This document shows, piece after piece, positions 20,723 to 31,205 of a stretch of 64,000 bases of DNA; within the stretch, counting starts at the first letter, position 1, and each line of letters opens with the position of its first letter. The position numbers were made by a program, and so were the translations under genes. The notes beneath the pieces are model-generated. The model was given only the letters and a program-made list of their open reading frames with translations. It was not told the DNA's origin and made no database searches. The stretch lies in NCBI GenBank assembly GCA_963809895.1, contig CAWELD010000003.1, positions 1,472,001 to 1,536,000 of the forward strand, written 5' to 3'. The stretch is from an uncultured Gemmatimonadales bacterium. Lineage in GTDB: Bacteria > Gemmatimonadota > Gemmatimonadetes > Longimicrobiales > Gaopeijiaceae.

Positions 20723-23438
20723 TCAGAAGATAACCTGGAAGCCCAGATTCACCGTACGCGGGAAGCCCATGAAGATCTCGGCATCGTCCGCGTTGTGGTC
20801 GCCGTCGAAGCCGTTGAAGGACGAATTGTCCGTGGCGTCCTGAACGTACTCGGAGTCGAACAGGTTGTAGACGTTGGCGAAGAGCCGCACGTCACCGCCG
20901 TTCCACGTCCGGATCAGGTTGTTCAGCCGATACGAGGCGTGGGCCTCGAAAACGCTGTAGCCCGGAGCCTTCCAGGACTGCTTGCCGGCCTCGTCCTCAC
21001 TGGTCCGATCGAAGGGCTCGAAGTCGGCGTAGTTCTTGGCGTAGCTCTTACCCACGAGCTGGATATTGAGCCCGGCTATGGGGAAGACCGACGCCGAATA
21101 GGCCACCTGCATCTGCGGCGCATCACCCACGTAGAGGCCATCGAGATAGAAATCGTAGGTCTCGACGTCGCCGCTGCCCTCGTCGGGCCGGTAGGTGCCG
21201 GTGACGTCGTTCAGGTACTTCCAGTCGCCGATGGAACCCGCCAGGTCGAAGCGCAGCAGGTCGCTGGGCTGGAAGGCCGCCGTGGCCTCGATGCCCATGT
21301 GGCGGGCATCCACGCCCAGCAGGTTCACGAGGCCGTCCTGGCCCGTGCCCTGGAGGTTCCGGATGAAGAGGTTGTAGGTCCGGTCCTTCCAGGTCGTGTG
21401 GTACACGTTGGCGTCGAACGACCACATGCGGTCGAGGGAGCGGTACTTCACGCCCGCCTCGAACGACAGGAAGGTCTCGTTCTTCGGATCCGGATTCTTG
21501 ACGCCGGCGCCGTCGTCGATGACGCCGTCGAAGATCGGCACCTTGGACACCCAGCCCGCGTTGCCGAACAGCGACCACTCCTGGGTCACGTTCCGCACCA
21601 CGCCACCCTTGATCTGGTAGCCGGTCAGCGCGCCGCTCTTGAGCTTGAGCGTCTGGCTGGCGTTGTCGGGATCCTGCTTGAAGAAGTCCTCGAAGTTGTA
21701 CGAGATGGCCGACACGCCACCCATGGCGTACACGGAGCCGTTCTCGGTCGACTTCTCGGCCTGGGCGTATCCGCCGATCCAGTTGACCTTGTTGCGGTTG
21801 TAGTAGTCGACCTTGTCGCCGAGCTTCGCCTGGATCTCACCGGTGAACGCGTTGGCGTCGTCCAGGAAGTAGGAGCCGCCCAACAGATCACGGACCTCGC
21901 GGTAGTGATCGATGGCCGCGGTGCGCCAGTCCAGGCCCACCTCGCCGGTGATCCCGGAGTCGAAGTCCTTGCGGAGCTTCGAGATGGCGCCGATGGTCCA
22001 CTGCTTGTTCACCGAGTTGCGCAGGATGCCCCGCGAACCGGTGGCGTTGGTCTCGTTGCGATCGATGGTCGCGTTCCAATCGGCGAAGCGCTGGGTGTAG
22101 GTGTAGTCCCAGGCTACCGATCCCAGGGTGCCTGTCCCGCCGCCGGAGCCGCCGGAATAGTAGGCCACCGTGGACAGGGTGAGCCCGTTGCCCAGGTACG
22201 AGTACCAGTTGAGGTTGACCTGGGGCTTGTGGTAGTAGTTCTCCCGCTCGTTGATGAAGTCCGCGGAATGCCGGTCGAAGGTGCCGGTCTTGGGCCCGGT
22301 GCTGGCGTACTGCTCGCCCGTGTAGGACGAACTCACCGTCCCGTAGTTCGGGTTCCAGTCCTTGCCCGCCTCGGGGAACTCGCTGAGCGCCGCAGGATCA
22401 TAGCCGTCGAGGCCCGCTGCGAACTCATGGCTGTAGGTCGCGGCGTTCAGCGCGTAGAGCCGCTGCCCGTGGCGCGTGGGCGCGCCCAGCGCGTAGAGCT
22501 CCAGGCGGTTGCGCGCGTTGAGCTGGTACGACGAGGCGATATAGTAGGCCAGCCCCTCGGTCCAGAGCCCATCGACAATGCCGTCGCCCGTCTTGCGGAC
22601 GAAGGCACCGGTCAGGGCGAACTTGCCCTGCTCGCCCGTGGATCCCGTCGCGGTCGTCTTGAAGAAGCTGCCCGAGCCGAACTCCTGCTTGACCTGGACA
22701 CCGGGGTCGTTGGCCGTGGGATCGGTGATGACGTTGAGCGTGCCACCGATGGAAGGCGTGGCCAGGTTCACGGCGCTCAGACCGCGCTGGAGCTGGATGC
22801 TGGTGGTGGCGTCGCCGACGCCGTCCCAGTTGGACCAGTAGACCCAGCCGTTCTCCATGTCGTTCACGGGCACGCCGTTGATCATCACGGCGGTATTCCG
22901 CTGGCTGAAGCCACGCACGTTGATGCGCGCGTCACCGGCGCCTCCACCTTCGACGGTGGAATACACGGAGGGCGTAACATTCAGGATCAGGGGCATGTCC
23001 CGTGATCCCAAGCTGGTTCTGGATCTGGACCTTGCCCACGTCGGTGTAGGCCACCGGCGTCCTGCGCTCTTCGGCCCGTGACGCGAACACCTCGATGCCT
23101 CCCAACGAGACCGCCTCGCTGGTGAGCTCGAAGTCCAGCGTAGTGGTCTGCCCGGCCGTGACGCGCACCCCGGTCTGGCGACCCGTCGCGTACCCGATAC
23201 TCTGGGCCTGCACGTCGTAGGTGCCCGCGCGGACGGGCACACTGAAGCGGCCGTCCGTGCCCGACAGCGAGCCGAACTGGGAGCCCGACGCCAGGTCTGT
23301 CACAACGACCTGCACGCCGCTGAGCGGCTGCCCTTCGCTGGTTACGCGCCCGGCCACCGTGCCGGTCTGCGCAAGCGAAGGAGCGGCGCCCAGAGCCAGA
23401 AAGGCCACGAGCGCGGTGAGAGTTCGAACGATCTTCAT
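20723..23438 (-). CDS. TonB-dependent transporter with N-terminal carboxypeptidase-regulatory-like domain (apparent +1 indel near 23008)
   Basis: Signal peptide MKIVRTL...SLAQ, GTVAGRVT...PLSGVQV, plug motif INVRGFSQRNTAVMINGVPVNDMENGWVYWSNW, barrel strands and terminal Phe (GFQVIF). The two ORFs join at LGSRDMPL after removing one G. Confidence 0.88.
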
Positions 23439-23525
23439 AGTCGACCTTCCCTCCGTGGTCAGAGAGAGACGGAATGAGGGCTTAAGCGAAGCCTCCTTCA
23501 GCCCGGAAGTTGCCCGGACACGGTA

Positions 23526-23586
23526 AGGATAAGGACTTCCTGTAACAGCGCCAATGGCTATCGGTAACGGTGTGGGGGATTGGCGC
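23526..23586 (-). promoter_or_regulatory. TBDT promoter with direct and inverted repeats
   Basis: TTGGCG-N17-TATCCT; direct repeat GTTACCG-N15-GTTACAG ending 8 nt before the -10; inverted repeat GCGCCAAT-N23-ATTGGCGC. Confidence 0.55.
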
Positions 23587-23675
23587 ATGGCACGGGGCCT
23601 CCGCACCTTCTGAGCCACCCTTGCGGCGCCACCGCCGAGCGTGCGCGGCACGAACGCACCACCTGAATGCGCGAA

Positions 23676-23703
23676 CCCCCGCCCGGCTTGCGCCGGACGG
23701 GGG
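23676..23703 (-). terminator. Hairpin after the surface-lipoprotein gene
   Basis: CCCCCGTCCGGC-GCAA-GCCGGGCGGGGG on the minus strand (GNRA loop), with a weak U tail. Confidence 0.6.
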
Positions 23704-23749
23704 CCGCGTTTCCAGCTACCCGACCGAGGTCGGGCTCAGCTACGGGTCA

Positions 23750-26700
23750 TCAGTTGGTCGTACCATCCCAGATGAGGCCGTGTCCGGCCTTGGAACCCGT
23801 GAGCTTCAGGACGAAGAAGTAGCTGCCCACAGTACCGTTCGTGAGCGCTTCGTCGTTGATGTCGGTCGGGAGCGGACCGACGTACGTGTACTCGTACGCC
23901 CGACCGAAGGCACCCGTACCGGTGTCGCTGACCACCAGGCTCCAGTTGGAGCTGTCACCGGTGTCGAGCAGGATCGCCCGGCCCGCGGTGTCGAGGTAGT
24001 ACATCGCAACGTTGTTGAAGTCGACGTTCGGCACGAAGGTGGCCGTCGTCCCCTTCAGGACAATCATCGGACGGCTGTTCGAATCCAGCAGGAACAGCCA
24101 GCCGAACTCGTCGTCAATGGTGCCCAGCGTGTTGTCGGCACCATCCGGATCCGCACCCTGCGTGCCGATACCCGGCACGATGCCGTCCTCGAAGCTACCC
24201 GAGGTGAACGGCGCGGCACCACCGTCCGCCGCAAGGCAGGTCGGCAGGCTCGTGGGCACGAAGGTGTTGAACTGCGTGTTGACCTGGCCGTAGTTGTGGC
24301 CGTAGTCCCACGACCGCCAACGCGGACCGCGAGGACGCTGCACCGTGCCGGCCCCGTCACTACCCACTTCGTCGAAGCGGAGCAGGCAGCCCAGGAACTG
24401 GGTGTTGGCGCTCAGGTTCGCACCGCGAACGATGCTGGCCGAGCCCCACGGCGCATGGCTGATGTTGACCATGGGAAGCTGCAGGGACTGACCAACGTAG
24501 GCGTTGGCGTCCACGTCAGCACCGGGTCCACCGGGCATGCCGGCGGCCGGATCGACGTACTCCTGCAGCGTCGTGATGCCGTTGAAGTCGAACGAGAAGT
24601 CCGTCTTCCGCAGGTCGGCCTGATCGAAGACCTCACCGTTGAAGGTGTAGGTCTGCAGCGGATCGAAGGTCACGACCGTGGGCATCTGGACGTTACCGAC
24701 ATCGGGACCGTCGTGGTCCGCGATGTTCTCGTCCACCGGCGAAACGTCCGTCGGGTTACCGGCACGGTCCCAGCTCGTGAACATCTGAGTCCGGTATCCG
24801 TCCGCTCCCATGGGAGCGTCCACCGTCGCCACGTAGGCGTGGAAGTCCGGCTCCGTCGGGTACGCCGCCAGATCACTCATGAAGTCGTCCACGCCAGCGG
24901 CCGGAATGGCCACCATGCCTTCACCGTCGAAGGTGAAGGGCAGGACGGTCGTCGCTCCACCCGGAGCCACGGCCTGGAGCTTGTAGCCCCAACGATGAGT
25001 GGTGGTGCTGAAGCAGCTCAGCTCACCCGCACCCTCATCGCAGCCCTGCTCGTAGTCGTCGACCACGACGCCCGCGACACCGGAGAACCCGTTGCCACGA
25101 TCGGTCGTGTAACCAGCGGCCGCGCCAGGCGCCTTGCCACCGAGCACGAAGGTCTGCTGACCGTAGTCCACATCCTCCGTACCACCGTTGGCCAGATCCT
25201 GAACCACGTGCTGGTCATCGTCGTACGAATCCCACTTGGTTCCACCCACGGGCACTGTGTCGGCCGCGTTGGAGGGATCCTCTGCACGAGGCCCGTGACG
25301 TCCGAATAGATCGGGCCCTTACCGTCCACACCCAGCAGCAGGTAGTTGGCCGCGTTGGTATGTTACCGAAGAGGTCCCAGTGACGGGCCGTCATGGCGTA
25401 GTCCAACTCGGTGTCCGAGAAGGGCGTGCCAGGCGCAGAACCCGCGTCGATGAGGCCGGGGGAATCCGTCTCCTCGGGGAGATCGGCACCGACCATCGTC
25501 AGACCCATCGCATCGGCGCCCGAGATGATGGTGGACACCGTAGACAGCGTGTTGTCAGGACCGTTGACGTACAGGAGGTTCGGCACGCCGGACGGCAGAC
25601 CGATTCCCATGAGCGTCGTGCCGGCCAGACCGGCCAGGGTGCTTCCACCCGGCCAGGCCGCACCGTTCTTGTCGATGCCCGGATAGACGTTCGGGTTGTC
25701 CGACCCCGGATCGTCCACCAGACCGCCGATGTTGTCGGTCCAGTTGACCCAGCCCAGGTTGAGGCAGCAGGCACAGGAGGACACGTCGGACCGCCGATGC
25801 CGGTGCGGCTGAACCCGGAGATACCTCGGTGGAATTGTTGGCCGGGTGCGGGCAGGTTGGAGGCGATCCATCATACCGGCCACCGGACCCTCGTTGTCCA
25901 CGCGCAGCACGTCGTTGATGACGGCCGTGCCGGACTGCAGGTCGGTACCGAAGAGGGTGATCGCCTTCACGTTGGCCAGCGTCGGGCCGAACTGCCCGAA
26001 CTGGGTCTTCGTCACCAGGGCGACGTTGCGCGCACCGATGCTGCCGGTGTTCAGCCCCGCGATGGAGGCGTAGCAGGTCGCGCCGTTGGTGGCGGTCGTT
26101 CCACCGTTCTCACAGAAGGAGAAGGTGAAGGTGTTGTTGGCGTTGTTCGGAGCGGTCAGCTCCGTGCCGCCGAAGCCCATGTCCGCGCCGCTGACGAAAC
26201 CGTCGAACATGAAGGCGGCACGCTGCAGGACCGGAGCGTTCGGATCGTACGGCGCCGAGTAGATGATCGGGTACACCGTGACGTGGATGTCACCAGACAG
26301 CCAGCGCAGACCGCTGGAGGCGCTGATGATGAAGTTCGGGAACGGATCGCCGCTCACCGGATCCACCCAGTCGGTGTTGTCCGCGATCACGCCGAGGTTC
26401 ACCGCGTCCATGTTGATGGTCGTGGCCTCGACGATAGCGTCGAACGTCTCTTCGAACTCGGTCACCGTCACACGCCCGATGATCTCCCAGTTGCCGTTCG
26501 TGAACAGCGGATGGTAGGGGCGCATCGGATCGGCGGCGATCGCCTCGAACTCGTCCGAAGTCGAGTTGTACATCTTGATCGAGGACGAGCCGTCCCGCAT
26601 CCGGATCAGATCGGAGTTCCAGGAGAACGTCACGTCGATGGCATCGTCCGCGTTGCCGGCGGCCAGCGGCGCGCCCTGCGCGAAGGTCTGACGACCGACG

Positions 26701-27491
26701 CGGAACATGTCACCAGTGTCCACGTCACGCACCAGCAACTCGATGGACTCCACCGCGTTGTCGTTGGGACGGACGTTCACCGTGATGTCGACACGACCCA
26801 TGATCGAATCGGGATCGACGATGGCGCCACCAGAGGTGATGTTCTCGATGACGATCTCCGGCTCCACCAGCTCCTTCTCACCGGTGAAGTTCACCTGAGC
26901 GGACTGGCCCGTATTGAGCTGGACCTGCTGCTCGGTGATGTCGAAGCCCTCCGGCGGGTTGGTCAGGGTCACCGTGTAGGTGCCCGACCGCAGGCCGGTG
27001 AACTGGACCTGACCGTTGGCGTTGGTGCCGAGGGTCTGATCGACGCCCATGCCCGTGAGCTGGACGCTGGTTGCGATGCCCTCGCCGCCGTTGCGCGTCA
27101 CCGACACCAGAACCGAGGCGGTGCGCACGTACTGGCCGTTGAAGTCGGCCTGGGCGACCTGACCGTCGGTGGTGATGCCGACCGACTGGGTCGTCTGAGA
27201 GAAGACCACGTCCGCGGGGACCGCGGACAGGGTCACAGAATAGTTGCCCTCCAGCACGTTGCTGAAGGAGTAGCTTCCGTCGGCTCCGGAGGTGGTCGAC
27301 TGCGCCGACGCACCTGCCAGAGCCACCGTGACACCGGCGAGACCGGTGCCCTCAACGGAAACAGTACCCGAGACGGTGCCTACCGCAGGCGGCGTCTCCG
27401 TCGGGCCCACGCTGTTGTTACCCTCGTCGCAGGCCGCGACGGGGATGGTGAGAACCAGCGCGGCGATGAGTAGCTTGTGGAGCTTTCTCAT
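23750..27491 (-). CDS. Large (~1,245 aa) acidic multi-Ig-domain surface lipoprotein, S-layer-like; several indels at ~25280-25870
   Basis: Lipobox VAAC; two prealbumin/SdrD-B-like repeats; recurring VDNEGP/VDGKGP/ADHDGP and WDLFGN/WDRAGN Ig-boundary motifs. ORFs 25215-27491, 25018-25329 and 23750-25255 can be stitched with small indels. Confidence 0.72.
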
Positions 27492-27592
27492 GCTGCTGCG
27501 TCCAGGTGTGGATGAGAGTGATTGCCCGGTCCGGGTCGGGAACTCGGCCCCGGGCTGCGCCGAGAAGGCGCACTAAACCGTACGGAGGAACC

Positions 27593-27607
27593 GCAATCAC
27601 CGTGCCA
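27593..27607 (-). promoter_or_regulatory. Sigma54 (-24/-12) promoter
   Basis: TGGCACggtgaTTGC, an exact TGGCAC-N5-TTGC match about 100 nt upstream of ATG 27491. Confidence 0.85.
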
Positions 27608-27669
27608 TTCCGGAGGGTCTCCGGAACTCACTGAGACGGCAAGAACTTAGAAGGACACGCCAGACCTCC

Positions 27670-27705
27670 GAAATCCCTCGGATTTCTGAATTTCGATCAG
27701 AAATC
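27670..27705. promoter_or_regulatory. Candidate enhancer (UAS) for a sigma54 activator
   Basis: Overlapping palindromes GAAATCC-CTC-GGATTTC and GATTTCTGA-N7-TCAGAAATC, about 90-125 nt upstream of the predicted start site. Confidence 0.6.
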
Positions 27706-27739
27706 TGACCCTTCGCGGTCCTTTGGGGGCGAGCGGCGC

Positions 27740-28734
27740 TCAATCCCCGTCCCGCAAGGCTTCTCGGGCTCTTTCCACAAGGTTCGCGGACCCCAGATAG
27801 AGGGGCGTGCGCTGGTGGAGCTCGCTGGGCTCCACGTCGAGGATGTCCACATGTCCGTTGCACGCGGCACCTCCGGCCTGGTGGAAGATCATGGCCATGG
27901 GCGCCGCTTCGTAGAGGAGCCGTAGCTTTCCGCGAGGATTCCGGGAATCTGCCGGATACATGAACAGCCCCCCCTTGAGGAGCGTGCGATGGGCGTCCGC
28001 CACCAGGGAGCCGATGTAGCGCGAGGAGAAGCTCTCGCTCTTGAACCCGTCCACCAGCGACCGCTGACCCGCCGACCAGCGGGCGTAGTAGGCCTCGTTG
28101 ACGGAGTAGCTCATGGCCGGGGGCTCGGGAATGCGGATGATCGGGGTGGCTCAGGAGGAACTCGCCGATGGAGGGGTCCAGCGTGAAGCCGTGCACGCCG
28201 ACGCCGCTGGTGTAGACGAGCATCGTAGAGGACCCGTAGACGACATAGCCGGCGGCGAGCTGGCGCCGGCCGGGCTGGAGGCAGTCCTCCAGACAGCCGC
28301 GCTCGCCGGCTGGAGATCTTGCGATGGACCGAGAAGATGGTCCCGATGGAGACGTTCACGTCGATGTTCGAGGAACCGTCCAGCGGGTCGAACAACAGCG
28401 CGTAGTCCCCGGTCGGAAAGCGCTCGGGGATGTCCAGGACGTCGGGGTGCTCCTCGGAGGCCATGCAGCACAGGTTTCCCGTATGGTCCATGGCGTTGAA
28501 GATCACGGCGTCGGCGAACACGTCGAGCTTCTGGACCGACTCCCCGTGCACGTTGGTATCGCCGGTGCGTCCCAGCACGTCCACGAGCCCGGCCTTGCTC
28601 ACCTCTCTGGAGATCACCTTGGCGGCGAGGGCGATGTCCATGAGGATGTTGGTGAACGCCCCCGTGGCCTCGGGATGGCGGCGCTCCTCCTCCACGATGT
28701 GGCGGGCGAGGGTGACGACGCTGGTCTCAGGCAT
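27740..28734 (-). CDS. fbp: Fructose-1,6-bisphosphatase class 1 (indels near 28311 and 28140)
   Basis: [49 protein letters not shown] and GKLRLLYE motifs, spread over three frames. Confidence 0.9.
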
Positions 28735-28814
28735 GGCGGATCCGACGCTGGGTGGTGAGGAGGGCCGGGAGGGCATCCTGGTTCCGGCCAAGTAACCGCC
28801 CCGGGCCGCGCACG

Positions 28815-31181
28815 TCAATCGCCGGACGGGCGGTCGCCGTGCACCTCCCAGCGCCCCGACGGCTCGACCCGCACGTGGACCGATCCCGCGCGGTCGGTCC
28901 GGTACACGCGAACCCCGTTGTCACGCAGCCTCCGGAGGACGGCCGGCGAGGGATGCCCGAAGCGGTTGTAGCGGCCCACCGAGATCACGGCCACCTCGGG
29001 CTGCGTGGCAGCCAGCAGGGCCGCCCCGGTCGAGGTCCGGCTCCCGTGGTGGCCCACCTTGAGGAGATCCACGACACCGGTCAGGGGTGCGAACTCCGCC
29101 TCGGCTGCCAGGGGGGCGTCGCCGGTGAGGAGGGCCCGGAAGCCGTGCCACGACACGCGGAGCACCACGGAGCGGTCGTTGGGTGACTGCGCGGCGTCCG
29201 CCGCATCCGGCGGTACCGGGCCCGGATGCAGCACCGCCACCTCGACCCCGTCCAGGACGAGCCGGTCCCCCCGGACGAGGATCCGCCAGCGAGCCGGCTC
29301 CTCGGCCGCGGCCTCCAGGACCTCCAGGTAGGGCCCGGAGCCCCGCGCGGTGCCCGGATCGCCGATCTCGGGCACCTGGAACGCGTCGAGGATCTCGGCG
29401 GCCCCGCCCAGGTGATCCAGGTCCGGGTGGGTCAGCACCAGGAGGGCCACCCGGGACACACCCAGCCGGCGCAGCTCCCGAACGACCCGGTCGCCCGGAT
29501 CCGGACCCGTGTCCACGAGGAGCCATCGCCCCCCGGGCGTGCGCAGCGCGATGGCGTCCCCCTGCCCCACGTCCAGGATGTGGAGCTCCATGGATCCGTC
29601 GCGGATCGCCGCATCCGCCAGCGGCGCCACCACCAGCGCGGCGGCGCAGCCGGCGGCCACCGCCGCCACCCGCACCGGCCGGCCCACTCCCCGGGCGGAC
29701 CGCAGCAGTAGCCAGGCCAGCGTGGCTCCCACGCTGGCGGCCAGGACCTGCGGCCGGGTGACGGGCACGGCGGCCCACCGGAACGACGCCAGCACGAACA
29801 CGACCCAGCGGGCCGCGGCCAACAGCGCGCCCGCCCCGGCGGCGGGAAGCGCCGCGGCGGCACTACCGGTGAGTCCCAGGGCCACGACCAGCAGGAGGCC
29901 GGGCAGCGCGGCGGCGACCAGCGGTCCGGCCAGGAGCGTCGCGGGGATCCCCACCAGCGACACGGCCTCGAAATGCCAGGCCACCAGGGGAAGCGTGAAG
30001 GCGGTCGCCGCGGCCGACGCCGCCACGCCCTCCACCACCACGGACGGGATCCCCCTGAGCCACCGGAGCCCGGAGCGCCGAGCCCACTGGCCCGTCTGCT
30101 GTCGTATCCACGCCGCCACGGGCCGCGCGCCCATCACCAGCCCGAAGGCGCCGGCGAAGGAGAGTTGGAAGCCCACCCTGCCCAGGGCCAGCGGATCCAG
30201 GAGCGCGAAGCACAGGAGCGCGGTGGCGAGCACGCCGGCTCCCAGCACGGGACGACCCAGCAGGCGTCCCGAGGCCACCAACGCCACCAGGAGGGCCGCT
30301 CGCGTGGCGGCGTCCGGGAAGCCGAGCAGCGCCACGTAGCTCCACGCCACGCCCGCCCCGACGCAACCCGCCACGCCCAGCGTCGCGCCGGCCGCGCGGG
30401 CCAGCGTCACGGCCAGCAGCGCCAGCACGCCCACGTGGAAGCCGGAAATGGCGAGCAGGTGCGCCGTGCCGGAGCGAACGAAGGCCTCGCGAACGCCCGG
30501 ATCCAGGCCATCCCGGCGAGCCAGGATCAGCGCCTTGGCCAGCGCCGCCTCGGAGCCCAGGTGGCGGTCCAGCGCGGCGGCCGCGGCTCCGCGCAACCGG
30601 GCGGCGGCGGCGGCGACCCGGTCACCGGCCCGCCGGGGTCCCGGGACGTGGGACCCCTGCCTGCGCAGCGACGAGGCCAGCACGATGCCCGCACGCGCCG
30701 GATCGCCTCCGGGACCCCCCGAAGGGCTCCACAACCCGCGCACGCCGATGCGCGCGCCCACGGCCACCGGCGAACTCCGCCTGGGAAGCGCCACCCGGAT
30801 CTCGCGCCGGCACTGCACGGGCCCGCCCGTCAGCGAATCCACGCGCAGCCGGGCGCGGCCCGCGGCCTCCAGGGTGGTGACGGTGCCCCAGGCGGTGAGC
30901 GAGTCGGCGGGCAGGACCCAGCGGCAGTCGCGGCGTACCCGAGCCTGTGCCGCCGCCACGTGCAGCCAGCCGGCGAGGCTGCATGCGAGAAGCCCGACCA
31001 GGACCGGTAGCCGGTCGGTCGGGCGAGTCCATGGCTGGATGGGCAGGGCGAGGGCGGCGACCATCAGGGGCGCCGCCGGCAGGGGTGCTCCCGCCAGGCG
31101 GAGGCCCGCCCCGGCCACGAAGGCCAGGGCCAGGACCGTAACGGGCGGGAGCGTCCGTGTCAGGGCACGGCCCTTCCCCAC
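28815..31181 (-). CDS. comEC: DNA internalization competence protein ComEC/Rec2
   Basis: GTAHLLAISGFHVG, GFQLSF, LDVGQGDA, THPDLDHLGG, LKVGHHGS and NRFGHP motifs. Confidence 0.93.
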   Translation of the reverse strand: MGKGRALTRTLPPVTVLALAFVAGAGLRLAGAPLPAAPLMVAALALPIQPWTRPTDRLPVLVGLLACSLAGWLHVAAAQARVRRDCRWVLPADSLTAWGTVTTLEAAGRARLRVDSLTGGPVQCRREIRVALPRRSSPVAVGARIGVRGLWSPSGGPGGDPARAGIVLASSLRRQGSHVPGPRRAGDRVAAAAARLRGAAAAALDRHLGSEAALAKALILARRDGLDPGVREAFVRSGTAHLLAISGFHVGVLALLAVTLARAAGATLGVAGCVGAGVAWSYVALLGFPDAATRAALLVALVASGRLLGRPVLGAGVLATALLCFALLDPLALGRVGFQLSFAGAFGLVMGARPVAAWIRQQTGQWARRSGLRWLRGIPSVVVEGVAASAAATAFTLPLVAWHFEAVSLVGIPATLLAGPLVAAALPGLLLVVALGLTGSAAAALPAAGAGALLAAARWVVFVLASFRWAAVPVTRPQVLAASVGATLAWLLLRSARGVGRPVRVAAVAAGCAAALVVAPLADAAIRDGSMELHILDVGQGDAIALRTPGGRWLLVDTGPDPGDRVVRELRRLGVSRVALLVLTHPDLDHLGGAAEILDAFQVPEIGDPGTARGSGPYLEVLEAAAEEPARWRILVRGDRLVLDGVEVAVLHPGPVPPDAADAAQSPNDRSVVLRVSWHGFRALLTGDAPLAAEAEFAPLTGVVDLLKVGHHGSRTSTGAALLAATQPEVAVISVGRYNRFGHPSPAVLRRLRDNGVRVYRTDRAGSVHVRVEPSGRWEVHGDRPSGD

Positions 31182-31205
31182 CCGGGACGCCGGGCTTCTC
31201 GAATA

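Noticed and set aside
23439..23520. Riboswitch (cobalamin/TPP) in the TBDT leader
   Set aside because: Only a small hairpin (GGGCT...AGCCC) is present. The predicted leader is about 80 nt, and no B12-box or TPP consensus was recognised. An Rfam scan would settle it.
23676..23745. CRISPR array or tRNA among the intergenic hairpins
   Set aside because: No regularly spaced repeats and no cloverleaf with a T-loop consensus.
25765..25860. Cys/Arg-rich segment (RHRRSDVSSCACC) as a metal-binding motif in the surface protein
   Set aside because: It looks like an out-of-frame reading between compensating indels; other frames give composition-consistent sequence (IASNLP, NNSTE, ISGFSRTGIGGPT).
15775..27740. 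Prophage, integrative element or defence island
   Set aside because: No integrase, transposase, att repeats, tRNA target or phage genes were seen. The STAND protein carries a transcription-activator N-terminus, not a nuclease, TIR or SIR2 effector.
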